From Candidatus Tectimicrobiota bacterium (GTDB taxonomy: Bacteria; JACPUC01), in assembly GCA_016192455.1 (NCBI GenBank), contig JACPUC010000021.1, forward strand, positions 1 through 64,000: a stretch of 64,000 bases of DNA, given 5' to 3'. The first letter of the stretch is position 1, and the number at the start of each line of letters is the position of its first letter. This document shows positions 1 to 9,629 of this stretch, in pieces. The notes below the pieces were generated by a model, which did no database searches, was not told the DNA's origin, and worked only from the letters and a program-made list of their open reading frames with translations. The position numbers and the translations under genes were made by a program.

Positions 1-156
<156 letters not shown>

Positions 157-584
157 ACGATCAGTCCCCGCGGGCGCGGTTGGGGAGAAGGTCCCCTCTC
201 AGGATTAGGTCATGGAACGTAGGGGACACAATACTAGGCTGAGGCGGCGCCGCGCCGGCGGGAGGGATCGAGGAGCCGCCATGGCTCTCCCTCCGTTACC
301 GAAGGGACGTGGCCGGCTCTCTCAGCGCCGGTGGGAAGGAGAGAACCTCGCTGGCCTGCGCCGGGGCGATGATCCCCTGCTCGGCGTGGGAGCGGGCGAA
401 CGCCTCAGGGGGGGTGCGAGTCGCCTCCAGGGAGGAAAGGCAGGCATCGTCCACGGCGGCGCTCGGCTCGTGGTCCCGGCACGCGAGGCCCACCTGGAGG
501 TTGGTCGCGCCGACCGGCTCTCCCCGCGAGTGCAAGGCGCTGGCGCGGCCGGGGCGCGGCGGACATGGTTCCCCGCACCCTCCC

Positions 585-1523
585 TTACGCCTCCGGCCCG
601 ACGACCGGATTGGTCAGCGTGCCGATCTCCTCAATCTCCGCCCGCACCACGTCGCCCGGCTTCAGGAACTCCTTGCGCGGCGCGCCGACGCCGGCGGGCG
701 TGCCCGTCGAGACGACATCCCCCGGTTCCAGGGTGATGATCCGCGACAACCAGGTGACCTGATCGACGATGGAGAAGATCATCTGGTTCGTGTTGCTGTT
801 CTGCTTCAGAACATCGTTGACGAAGAGCTTGAGGCAGAGGTTCTGCGGATCGGCGATGGAGGACTTCAGCACCACCCACGGCCCCATCGGCGCGGCGGTG
901 TCGAAGCCTTTGCCGGAGAGCCAGTCCCAGGTGAAGGTGTGCCGGGGCCGGCGATGCTTCTCGCCGCGCACGGAGACATCGACGAGGATGGTGTAGCCCG
1001 CGACGGCCGCCATCGCCTCGTCCCGGCTGAGGTCCCGGCAGCGGCGGCCGATGACGACCGCGAGCTCGATCTCCCAGTCGATGCTGCTGGCGATCTTCGG
1101 CATGACGATCGGCGCGCCCGGCCCGATGATCGTCGTCGTCGGCGGTTTCAGGAAGAAGAACGGCTCCTCGGTCCTGGTATCGGGCGGCTGAGATCCCATC
1201 TCCTTCACGTGATCGTAGTAGTTGGCGCCGGCGCAGAAGAGCTTGCGCGGGTAAAGGAGGGGCGCCAGGAGACGCGTCGTCGCCAGGGGCAGGCTGAGGG
1301 AGCGCAGCTCGAAGCGGCCCTGCGCCAGGCCCGCCGCCAGGCGCTCGAGGTGCGGCTCGTGCGCCGGCGCGTCGCCCATCAGGTCGAGGAGCGACGCGGG
1401 CGGCGGCGGCGCCTTCGGGATGGTCGCGTAGGCGGCGGCCAGCGGCAGGATGCGCTCATTCCCCACCAGGCCCGGCATCGGCACGCCCTTCTGGTCGAAG
1501 GTGCAGAGATTCAGGCTCGGCAT
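585..1523 (-). CDS. Fumarylacetoacetate hydrolase family protein
   Basis: Motifs CAGANYYDH, PFFFLKP, DWEIELAVVIG, KGFDT, PMGPW and LEPGDVVSTGTPAGVG. Confidence 0.93.
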   Translation of the reverse strand: MPSLNLCTFDQKGVPMPGLVGNERILPLAAAYATIPKAPPPPASLLDLMGDAPAHEPHLERLAAGLAQGRFELRSLSLPLATTRLLAPLLYPRKLFCAGANYYDHVKEMGSQPPDTRTEEPFFFLKPPTTTIIGPGAPIVMPKIASSIDWEIELAVVIGRRCRDLSRDEAMAAVAGYTILVDVSVRGEKHRRPRHTFTWDWLSGKGFDTAAPMGPWVVLKSSIADPQNLCLKLFVNDVLKQNSNTNQMIFSIVDQVTWLSRIITLEPGDVVSTGTPAGVGAPRKEFLKPGDVVRAEIEEIGTLTNPVVGPEA

Positions 1524-1694
1524 CGCGTCTCCTCCCTCGAAGGAACCTCTCCATCACTGGCCGCAGCGTCCCGCCGCGCTGCAGGCTCGTAGCGTCTCTC
1601 CTACCTTCATGCACGACATCGCCGCCATCGTTGCCACGCCCAGACCAGCTCCGCGCGATGAAGCCTCAACCCTGTGGGGCAGGCATTGTGCCTG

Positions 1695-2125
1695 CTTCGA
1701 GAAGAGAACCTCGAAGTGGTTGATTTCACGTGATGGTGCGGCTGACGGTCATGCGGCTAGTCTCCTTCGCCTCTGCGCTCTCTGCGCCTCTGCGGTTCAA
1801 TAAATTGCACCGCGGAGACGCAGAGGACGCGGAGAAGGTAGGGGAAGGAATCACCGCTCGACACGGGTTCACACAAATATCAGTGTCCATCCGTGTTCAT
1901 CAGTGGTTCTTTGCCTCCCGCTGGTAGGGGCGGTTCGCGAACCGCCCCTACCAGCGGGCATGGAAGCCTGCTGAGAAAGAAGTGTCCGCTTCTTTTCATG
2001 ACCTTGCGGGTGGGCCGAAGGCCCATGGGGGAACTGCCTCGAACCTGGGCGCGTACGTGGTTGATTTCACGCCATGATGAGGCTCATTGTCCTGTCCTCT
2101 GTGCGACAGGCGGGATGCCTGTCCT
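1695..2125. repeat. Composite palindromic repeat block (copy A)
   Basis: Contains gtggttgatttcacg twice (1716-1730 and 2057-2071), an imperfect palindrome at 1771-1835, an atccgtgttcatcagtggtt module, a REP palindrome and a ttttcat...gcccatggg module. Homologous in inverted orientation to 19436-19965. Confidence 0.85.
1917..1958. repeat. GTAG-family REP-like element in a perfect 42-bp palindrome
   Basis: cccgctg-GTAGGGGCGGTTCGCGAACCGCCCCTAC-cagcggg. The 28-bp core recurs identically at 19709-19736. Confidence 0.9.
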
Positions 2126-2293
2126 CCCTGATGCCCATCCCGTAGGGCCATGCTAAAGCAACCGCCCCATCTTTTCCACCCCCGCGCCCCTGGCCGTTGC
2201 CTCCATGCCCGCGGTTATGGCGCCGAGGGACGGCGAGCCGCGCCAGGCCGGTTCCCGGAAGGGCCGCCGCGCGCCTGCGCGCTCCTATTCTCC

Positions 2294-2322
2294 TTGACAT
2301 GTTCCGGAACTCGGAATATATC
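2294..2322 (+). promoter_or_regulatory. Putative sigma70 promoter and operator of higBA
   Basis: TTGACA-N17-TATATC, with the palindrome gttccggaac (2301-2310) and TTCCG-N5-CGGAA in the spacer. The ATG lies 5 nt downstream, suggesting a leaderless mRNA. Confidence 0.6.
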
Positions 2323-2327
2323 GCAGC

Positions 2328-2606
2328 ATGATCACGAGTTTTCGCTGCGCCGAGACCGAGGCGCTCTTCCACGACCGTCCGAGCCGAAGATTCCGCTCTC
2401 TCGAACGGCTGGCACGGCGGAAGCTCGAGATGCTCAACGCCGCCGAGGTGTTGCGCGACCTTCGAGTTCCCCCGGGGAACCGCCTGGAGGCCCTGAAGGG
2501 CGACCGCGCCGGAGCGTACCGCATCCGCATCAATGACCGCTGGTGGATCTGCTTCCAGTGGAAACCGGGCGCGGCCTCCAACGTGGAGATTGTGGACTAC
2601 CACTGA
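2328..2606 (+). CDS. higB: HigB-type (RelE/ParE superfamily) toxin
   Basis: MITSFRCAETEALF...DLRVPPGNRLEALKGDRAGAYRIRINDRWWICFQW...VEIVDYH is the classic plasmid-maintenance-killer signature. Confidence 0.93.
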   Translation: MITSFRCAETEALFHDRPSRRFRSLERLARRKLEMLNAAEVLRDLRVPPGNRLEALKGDRAGAYRIRINDRWWICFQWKPGAASNVEIVDYH

Positions 2607-2635
2607 GGCCGCTGCCCGAGATGAGGGTGAGGAGG

Positions 2636-2941
2636 ATGACCAGGAGTTTGGAACCGATCTCCCCTGGCGAGATTCTGCGGGAGGAGTTCATGACTCCCCT
2701 CGGCATCAGCCAGAACAAGCTCGCGCGGGACATCGATGTGCCGATCGCCCGCATCAACGACATCGTGCATGGCCGCCGGGGCATCTCGGCCGACACGGCG
2801 CTGCGCTTTTCCACCTACTTCGGCACCACGCCGGAGTTCTGGCTCAACCTGCAGGCGCGCTGTGACCTGAAGGTCGCCCGGCGCAGGACGAACTGGCCGC
2901 GGATCGAGAAGACCATCCGCCGCCTCGGGGCGACCAGCTAG
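2636..2941 (+). CDS. higA: HigA-family antitoxin (XRE HTH)
   Basis: PISPGEILREEF..PLGISQNKLA...RINDIV.GRRGISADTALR...FGTTPEFWLNLQ. Lies directly downstream of the toxin; start is 2636 or 2621. Confidence 0.93.
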   Translation: MTRSLEPISPGEILREEFMTPLGISQNKLARDIDVPIARINDIVHGRRGISADTALRFSTYFGTTPEFWLNLQARCDLKVARRRTNWPRIEKTIRRLGATS

Positions 2942-3173
2942 TCACCTTGCGTGGCGCGTGGTGGCTTCCCGTGCCGGCACAATGCCGCACCAGCATGGCG
3001 CGCGCCACCCCAACCGCCCCGGCACTCTGACAGCTCCTGAAGCTCCGGTTCTTCGTGCCGCCACCCCACTCGTACGTATGGACCTTCGCCGCCGTCCCCT
3101 GTGCCGTCGTAGGCCCTCGCTTCTTTTCCAACCCGCCCGCTTCCGCCGCGTTCCCTCCGTCAGGGGGCCCGCC

Positions 3174-4241
3174 TTACCTCTCCCCCCCATACCTCCCATA
3201 CGTGCGGGCGGCGTGGAGCATCGCCTCGAGGTTCTCGATGGGCGTCGCCGGGGGCAGCTCGCAGCTCGGCATCACCACGTAGCCGCGCGGCGCGTCCTTC
3301 GCCTTCTCGAGGGCGCGGCGGCACGCTTCCTCCACCTTTTCGGGGGTCTCCTGCATGAGGACGGCGGTGTTGATGTTGCCGGCGATGATGTGCTGTTTCC
3401 CCAGCACCTCCTTGGCGTAGGTCAGGTCGTTCTCGTCGCCGAGGCTGATGACCCCCGGGTTGCCGAACGGCACCTCGGCCCACATCGGCAGGTTGCGCAT
3501 GTGGTTGCCGCAGAGGTGCACGAACATCGAGCGGACGCCCATGTCGAGCACCTTCTGGTTCACCTCCCTGGCGTACGGGAAGGCGAACTCCCGGAATTGA
3601 TCGGGCGAGATGAGGGAGTTGGCGTCGAAGGTCGAGAAGAAACCCGCCGCCGCCCTGGCGCCGAACTCCTGGATGAAGGCCTCGGAGAGCGCCAGGCAGA
3701 AGTCGCTCGTCTTGCGCATCAGCGTGTGGACCACCTCGGGGCAGTCGATGAGCCAGAGCATGAAGGTCTCGGCGTACACGCAGTTGGCCGCCATGCTGAA
3801 GGGCGAGCCGCAGACGAAGTTGGCGGAGATGCCGTGCTCGACGCAGATGTGGCCGAACTCGTAGAGCAGCGGCATGATGCCGGCGGTGCGGGGGTCGGGC
3901 ATGGCGATGCGATCGACGTCCTGCGGCGTCTCGATGGGGTGGCGGCGGACGGTGGGCGACATGATGCGCTCATTCACTGGGAACTCGATCTCGCCGCCGA
4001 ACTCGTAGCCCCCGAAGCAGGCCATGCCGTACGTCGGGTTGCCGTCGTAGCCGAACTTCTTCGCCGCCTCCACCTGGGTGTCGAAGCAGAGCCGCATGTT
4101 CGTGTAGAACTCCAGGAGCGGCACCCCCATCGCCTTGGCCGTGAAGGACATCGCCATCGGGATGACCGGCACGCGGTCGGGCCGCTTGCCGATGAAAAGA
4201 GATTTCATGCGTTCGCGTGATGTCATGCTGTCGCTGCTCAT
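3174..4241 (-). CDS. Uroporphyrinogen decarboxylase-family protein, MtaA/CmuA-like methylcobamide methyltransferase type
   Basis: MTSRER...PDRVPV N-terminus, LISPDQFREFAFPY, Zn-binding HLCG and C-terminal PSCELP..TP.ENL. Confidence 0.85.
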   Translation of the reverse strand: MSSDSMTSRERMKSLFIGKRPDRVPVIPMAMSFTAKAMGVPLLEFYTNMRLCFDTQVEAAKKFGYDGNPTYGMACFGGYEFGGEIEFPVNERIMSPTVRRHPIETPQDVDRIAMPDPRTAGIMPLLYEFGHICVEHGISANFVCGSPFSMAANCVYAETFMLWLIDCPEVVHTLMRKTSDFCLALSEAFIQEFGARAAAGFFSTFDANSLISPDQFREFAFPYAREVNQKVLDMGVRSMFVHLCGNHMRNLPMWAEVPFGNPGVISLGDENDLTYAKEVLGKQHIIAGNINTAVLMQETPEKVEEACRRALEKAKDAPRGYVVMPSCELPPATPIENLEAMLHAARTYGRYGGER

Positions 4242-4467
4242 GTATACTCCTCTGCGGCCCGGCGCGGCGCGATGCTCCAGGGGGAGCGGGCCGTCCCCGT
4301 CTCGCCGCAGCTTGCCGTTTCACGGCCGTTCCAGAGGCTCACCGCTGGTGGCACGGCGACGCGGTCCTGCCCCCACGGTGCGGGGGTATCCTATCAAGCG
4401 ATAGCCACAAGGAAAAGCGCAGGGGGCGCCGTCGCCGCCGGCCCTCCGGCGTCCACGCCACGCCGGC

Positions 4468-6774
4468 CTAGCCGGGCGGCTCGGCGCGGCGCGTCTCGCG
4501 CAGGGCGCGCAGCACCCTCTCCGGCGTCAGCGGCAGATCGCGGAGGTGCACGCCGATGGCATCGGCCACGGCATTGACGACGGCGGGCGCCGTGGGGATG
4601 ACGGCCGCCTCGGCGATCCCTTTCACGCCGTACGGGCCGTCGCTCAGGAAGCCCTCGACAAGGATCGGTTGGACGCGCGGCATGTCGAGCGAGGTGAGCA
4701 CCTTGTACTCGTGCCAGCCGCCGTTCTGCAGCACGCCGCGCTCGTAGACGAGCTGCTCGGTGCAGGCGTAGCCGACTGCCTGGGAGATGCCCCCCTCGAT
4801 CTGCCCCTCGGTGGCGTTCGGGTTGATCGCCTTGCCGACATCGTGAGCGGCCACCACTTCGAGGACGGCGACGGCGCCGGTCTCGGGGTCCACCCGCACG
4901 CGCGCCGCCTGCGCCGCGATGCTCACCGCCGCCTGGCTGCCCCACATGAGGCCGCTCGTGCGTTGCCGGTCGAAGGGGACCGCCGGGCTCACGAGGCCGC
5001 CGGCGCCGACGAGGGGGCCGCCGCCGGGGCGGTTGTGCGCCGCCGCGGAGAGCTCGGCCAGGGTCTTCGCTTGCTGAGCCGCGCCGCGCACGTAGGCCCG
5101 CCCGTCTTCGTAGAGCACGTCCTCGAGGTCCGCCTCGAGCAGGCGCGCCGCCAGGGCGCGGGCCTTCTCGCGGCAGTCGATCGCCGCCCGCCGCACCGCG
5201 TCCCCCATGTTGTAGGTCACCCGCGTGCCGACGCTGCCGGCGTCGAAGGGAGCGGCGTCGGTATCCTTCCAGCTCACCACGACGCGCCGCGGGTCGATCC
5301 CCAGCTCCTCCGCCGCGATCTGCGCAAAGATGGTCTCCGACCCGGTGCCGAGGTCAATGGCGCCGCTCAGGACGCCCACGCTGCCGTCCTCGTTCAGCTT
5401 CACGACGGCCGCCGAGCCGCGCCCGGCGCTGCCCCACTCGGCGCAGGCGATTCCCACCCCCTCGTAGGGCGCGCGCGGGGCGCGCCAGCGGATGCGCTCG
5501 GCGGCGGTGCGCAGCATGGCCCCCAAGTCGATGCCGGTGTAGGTGGAGCCGGTGGGCGACGGGACGCCGTTAACCACGCCGTTGCGCAGACGCAGCTCGA
5601 GGGGATCGATCCCCAGGCGCCGGGCGATGAGGTCGAGCTGCGACTCCGACGCGAAGGTGGCATGGGAGGCGCCCGAGGCGCGGTAGGAGCCGCAGTTGCG
5701 GTTGTTCGTGTAGACGCTGAAGGTCTCCACCCTCAGGTTCGGCACCTGGTAGGGACCCAGGGCGCTGCGCGCCCCGACGGTGTTGGCGGTGGGGCCGGTG
5801 GCGCCGCTGTAAGCGCCGGTGTCGAAGGTGAGCGTCGCCTGCCGCGCCAGGATGGCGCCGTCGCGCCGCAGGCCGGTCTTCAGGCGGATGTGCGAGGACG
5901 GACGCGGGCGGGCCTGCGTCAGCTCCTCGTCGGGCGTCAGCATGAGGCGCACGGGGCGCCTGCTGGCCTGCGCCAGGAGCACGGCGAGCGGCTCGAGCGT
6001 GGGGTGGAGCTTCCCCCCGAAGCTGCCGCCGGTGTAAGGGGAGAGCACCCGCACCTGGCTGAGCGCCAAGTCGAAGAGCTCGGCCACTTGCGCGCGGACG
6101 TTGAAGGCTCCCTGCGTCGTCGTCCAGAGCGACACCCGGCCGCCGGCCTCGACGCGCGCCACCACCACGTGCGGTTCGAGGTAGCCCTGGTGGAGCTTCT
6201 GCGTCGTGAAGTCGTCCTCGTAGCAGACATCGGCCTGGGCGAAACCCCGCTCCAGGTCGCCGAAGGCAATCGTGCTGTGGACGCTGACGTTGCCCCAGCG
6301 CTGCACCTTCCAGACGGCGCCGTAGCTCGGCAGCTCCTCGTGGATGATCGGCGCCCCCTCGCGCAAGGCCGCCTCGGCCTCGAAGACGGCCGGCAGCTCC
6401 TCCAGCTCGACGCGGATCAGTTCGAGCGCCTCCTCGGCGGTCTCCTCGTCGCGCGCCGCCACGGCGGCCATGGGGTCGCCCACGCAGCGCACCTTGTGGC
6501 GCTCCAGCACCGGCTGGTCCTTAATGAATCCAAACCGCCGCGGCGGCGCGTCGGCGCCCGTCACCACGGCGTACACGCCCCTGAGCCGGCGGGCTCGCTC
6601 CGTGTCGAGGTGACGGATGCGGGCATGCGGCAGGGGGCTGGTGAGCAGCTTGCCGACGGCCATGCGCGGCAGCTTCACATCGACGCCGAAGACCGCCTCG
6701 CCGGTGCTCTTAGCGGCGGCATCCGGGCGGGGGAGGCTGGCGCCGATCACGCGGTAGGCAGCGTTCGCACCCAT
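4468..6774 (-). CDS. Xanthine dehydrogenase-family molybdopterin-binding (large) subunit
   Basis: RPDA..K.TG, SP.PHA.I, YLEPH, GGSFGGK, G.G.ET..AQIAAE, EGQIEGG..Q and KGIAE motifs. Confidence 0.93.
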   Translation of the reverse strand: MGANAAYRVIGASLPRPDAAAKSTGEAVFGVDVKLPRMAVGKLLTSPLPHARIRHLDTERARRLRGVYAVVTGADAPPRRFGFIKDQPVLERHKVRCVGDPMAAVAARDEETAEEALELIRVELEELPAVFEAEAALREGAPIIHEELPSYGAVWKVQRWGNVSVHSTIAFGDLERGFAQADVCYEDDFTTQKLHQGYLEPHVVVARVEAGGRVSLWTTTQGAFNVRAQVAELFDLALSQVRVLSPYTGGSFGGKLHPTLEPLAVLLAQASRRPVRLMLTPDEELTQARPRPSSHIRLKTGLRRDGAILARQATLTFDTGAYSGATGPTANTVGARSALGPYQVPNLRVETFSVYTNNRNCGSYRASGASHATFASESQLDLIARRLGIDPLELRLRNGVVNGVPSPTGSTYTGIDLGAMLRTAAERIRWRAPRAPYEGVGIACAEWGSAGRGSAAVVKLNEDGSVGVLSGAIDLGTGSETIFAQIAAEELGIDPRRVVVSWKDTDAAPFDAGSVGTRVTYNMGDAVRRAAIDCREKARALAARLLEADLEDVLYEDGRAYVRGAAQQAKTLAELSAAAHNRPGGGPLVGAGGLVSPAVPFDRQRTSGLMWGSQAAVSIAAQAARVRVDPETGAVAVLEVVAAHDVGKAINPNATEGQIEGGISQAVGYACTEQLVYERGVLQNGGWHEYKVLTSLDMPRVQPILVEGFLSDGPYGVKGIAEAAVIPTAPAVVNAVADAIGVHLRDLPLTPERVLRALRETRRAEPPG

Positions 6775-7054
6775 GGGTCACCTCACAACTCTGGGCTGCG
6801 GGGAAAGGCTCATGTCGTGGCAGTATCTTAATTCGCGGTCGCGCCTGGAGCGAGGCTTTTCTTCCGCCGCGGCGAAGCCCCGCTGCCGACCCGGCGCGGT
6901 CCTTTGCATGCCCTCCAGCAACGGCATGGGCCGCGGGCTCCTGCCCACAGCCCATTGATCCCGCCGGCGCGGCGCGGCGCCCCACGCTCCCTCGCCCTGG
7001 CGCCGCCGCCCTTACGCACCGTGCCGTTGCGCCTCGCCACGGCCTTGCAAGGGC

Positions 7055-8479
7055 CTAGCGCTCAAACCCGTAGGACCCCCACTGCTTGCGCACCTTCTCC
7101 ATCTCTTCCGGAAGGGGATCGGTGAAGGCGGGGAACTTCTCACCGTCGCGCTCGTACCACTCGTGGGGGATGGTGGCGTCAATCCCCATCAAGGCCGACC
7201 AGCCCCGCATCGACGGCACCTGCGAGGGGTCCAGCCTGATCGACTTGCCGTTCTTGACGATCTCGACGTCGCGATCGGCCTGCACGCGTGTGGCGATGGC
7301 CCACTCGACGAGGAGCGGGTTCCAGGGGTCGATATCCTCGTCGACGACGATGCAGTGCTTGGCGAAGAGCGTCGGGTGCCCCCAGACGTGGCCGAAGATG
7401 TCCCGCACCTGGCCGTGGTAGATTTTCTTGATCGACACGACGCAGTGGAAGCCGGCGCAGCCCATCGGCGTGATGCTCACGTCCTTAATGCCCGGCAGGC
7501 CGGCGCGGCGCAGGTGCTCGAACATCGCCGCCGAGCGGCAGAGGCTGCGCACCGTGGTGCTCTCGCTCGGCGGCCGCCCCTCCAGCGTGCCCTGGAACAT
7601 CGGCTTCCGGCGGTGGGTGATCTTCTTGATCTTGATGTAGTGGCTCGGCTTCACGACGGTCCCCATGATGCCGGGGAACTCGCCGAACGGCCCCTCGATC
7701 GGCCAGAAGTCGTCGATCGGCATCTCGCCCTCGAGGATGATCTCCGCCCGCGCCGGCACCAACAGGTCGCTGAGGTCGGCCTTCACGACGTCGATGGGCG
7801 CCCCCTTCAGGCCGCCGGCGATGTCGTACTCATTGATCCCCAGCGGCACGGCGGAGGCGGAGGCCAGCGTGATGTAGGGGTCGAGGCCGAGGGCCACGCA
7901 GACCGGCATCGGCTCGCCGCGCTCCCGCCACTTGTAGAAGTGCAGGGCGTCATGACGATTCGGCAACACGTAGCAGCCGATGGTGTCCTTGTTGAAAATC
8001 TCGTTGCGGTAGGTGCCGACGTTGATCCAGCCTGATTCGGGGTCCAGCGTGATGACGGCGTGCAGGGTGCCGATCTCCGGGCCGCCGTCGAGGGGGTGCC
8101 ATTTCGGCACCGGGAAGGGCTCCCCGTAGAGGTCGATGTCGGTCAGCTCCACCTCCTTGCAGGGGGCATCCTTGCGGGCCACCACCTTGGGGGGGATGGG
8201 ATGGCGGTAGGCCTGGTTCCACTTCTCCGTGATGGCGGGGATGCTCGGCTCGATGTCCAGGGCCCGGGCGTAACGCTCGTTCGTGCCAAGGACGCCGGTC
8301 ACCAGCGGCGTCGTGTAGTCACCGACGGCCTCGAAGATGAGCGCCGGCCCGGCGCGGTCGAAGTTCTCCCGGCAGATGGCGCTCAGCTCGCCGTCCTTCT
8401 CGACGCGCTTGGTGATGCGGTGCAGCTCGCGGAACTCGTCGAGGCGAGCGATGAAACTCCGCAGGTCGTCGTAGATCAT
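7055..8479 (-). CDS. UbiD-family (prFMN-dependent) (de)carboxylase
   Basis: DLRSFI, NVGTYR, VPARAEIILEG, EGPFGEF, VVDEDIDP and WAIATR motifs. Confidence 0.93.
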   Translation of the reverse strand: MIYDDLRSFIARLDEFRELHRITKRVEKDGELSAICRENFDRAGPALIFEAVGDYTTPLVTGVLGTNERYARALDIEPSIPAITEKWNQAYRHPIPPKVVARKDAPCKEVELTDIDLYGEPFPVPKWHPLDGGPEIGTLHAVITLDPESGWINVGTYRNEIFNKDTIGCYVLPNRHDALHFYKWRERGEPMPVCVALGLDPYITLASASAVPLGINEYDIAGGLKGAPIDVVKADLSDLLVPARAEIILEGEMPIDDFWPIEGPFGEFPGIMGTVVKPSHYIKIKKITHRRKPMFQGTLEGRPPSESTTVRSLCRSAAMFEHLRRAGLPGIKDVSITPMGCAGFHCVVSIKKIYHGQVRDIFGHVWGHPTLFAKHCIVVDEDIDPWNPLLVEWAIATRVQADRDVEIVKNGKSIRLDPSQVPSMRGWSALMGIDATIPHEWYERDGEKFPAFTDPLPEEMEKVRKQWGSYGFER

Positions 8480-8592
8480 GGTGCCCTCCTTCGTTCACGT
8501 GTGGGGTCGCGCGCTGGGGCTCGCCCGACGCCGGAGCCTGCGCCCGGCGTCCCCGCGCTCCATGGCTGATCTCTCCTCGCGGCGCGCGAGGG

Positions 8593-9345
8593 TCAGGGTG
8601 ATCCGGCGGCGGCCTCCCCGTCGCTGCGTCGCGCGCGCAGCGCCTGCCAGCGCCGCGTCAGGCGTCGCTGCACGTGCTCGATGTGCCGGCGCATGATGCG
8701 CTCGGCGGCCTCGGCGTCGCGCTCCTCCAGGGCCCCCAGGAGCTCCTTGTGGAACGTCGTGTCGTGGGCGATGTCCTGGCGCTTGCGCACCGTCTGGTCC
8801 ACCAGCTCGATGAGGAGGTCGATGACGGCGTTGAGGGTGTCCTCGATGACGGGGTTCCTGGCGGCCTTGGCGAGAAGGCGATGGAAGTGGTAGTGGTGGA
8901 CGGGGCTGCCGCGCGCCAGCCCTTCGCGCTCTTCCCGGGCAATCGTCTCCGCCAGGAGGCTGAGGTCCTGGCGCTGGCAGCGCCGCGCGGCCAGCCGCGC
9001 CAGCATCGGCTCGATGATCAGGCGCGCCTCGGTGAGGTCGCGCATGCTGATGCGGCCGAGCTCGACGAGGGTGCTCAGCGAGGTGCGCACGAGGCCGTGG
9101 TCCGGCTCGCGGATGAAGGCCCCGCCGGAGGGTCCCTTGCGGATCGTCGCCAAGCCCGCCTGCTCGAGGGCGCGCAGGGCTTCGCGGACGGCGGTGCGGC
9201 TCACCGCTAGCCGCAGGGCCAGGTCGCGCTCCGGCGGCAGCTTGTCGCCGGGCTGCAGCTCGCCGGCGCTGATGAGGGCGCGGATCTGGCGCTCAACGCG
9301 CTCGGCGAGGCGCGCCGGCTTGATGGCGTGGAACTGCGGTGTCAT
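8593..9345 (-). CDS. GntR/FadR-family transcriptional regulator
   Basis: wHTH LQPGDKLPPERDLA...VSRTAVREAL and FCD domain (EAR..IE, FHRLLA.AA.NP, H...M..H). Confidence 0.93.
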   Translation of the reverse strand: MTPQFHAIKPARLAERVERQIRALISAGELQPGDKLPPERDLALRLAVSRTAVREALRALEQAGLATIRKGPSGGAFIREPDHGLVRTSLSTLVELGRISMRDLTEARLIIEPMLARLAARRCQRQDLSLLAETIAREEREGLARGSPVHHYHFHRLLAKAARNPVIEDTLNAVIDLLIELVDQTVRKRQDIAHDTTFHKELLGALEERDAEAAERIMRRHIEHVQRRLTRRWQALRARRSDGEAAAGSP

Positions 9346-9381
9346 GGTCTAAAGGTTATACCATTCATCCCTTCGTGTCAA
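9344..9381 (-). promoter_or_regulatory. Putative promoter with overlapping FadR-type operator
   Basis: Minus strand reads TTGACA-cgaagggatgaatgg-TATAACCT-ttagacc-ATG. The inverted repeat ATGGT..N11..ACCAT (9344-9364) contains GGT-N3-ACC. Confidence 0.6.
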
Positions 9382-9629
9382 GCCGTCCTGTGCGGGACCC
9401 CGGCTGCCGGCCGGGGCGACGGCGGCGGGCCGCGGCGGGCTGCCCGGTTCACGGCCTTCCTCGTCGGGGGGGGAGCTGCTGTGCTAGGGTGGCGTCGCAG
9501 CCGGGCGGCTGCGTCCCCCCGCCTGGGCGAGCCGGCGTTGCGAGGATCGGCGAGGCGGCTGAGCGCTCGCGCGACCGCCTCACGGGCGGTCTTCCCCTTC
9601 GCGCCTCTCCTGCTCGGTGACCTGGCTCC

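Noticed and set aside
296..535. 79-aa minus-strand ORF downstream of the FAH gene
   Set aside because: No recognisable motif or clear start. It could be a gene remnant, but I cannot support that.
1730..1927. 65-aa ORF with a paralog at 19733-19930 (47 of 65 residues identical by manual alignment)
   Set aside because: It lies entirely within palindromic repeats, substitutions are largely non-conservative and there is no RBS. It is better explained as translated repeat DNA than as a protein.
1695..2125. Possible CRISPR array or integron attC array
   Set aside because: There is no regular repeat-spacer periodicity and no cas or integrase gene. The repeats are heterogeneous palindromes.
4468..6774. 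Calling the Mo subunit a form I CO dehydrogenase (coxL)
   Set aside because: The AYxCSFR active-site motif is absent (AYSGATG here), and there is no coxS or coxM.
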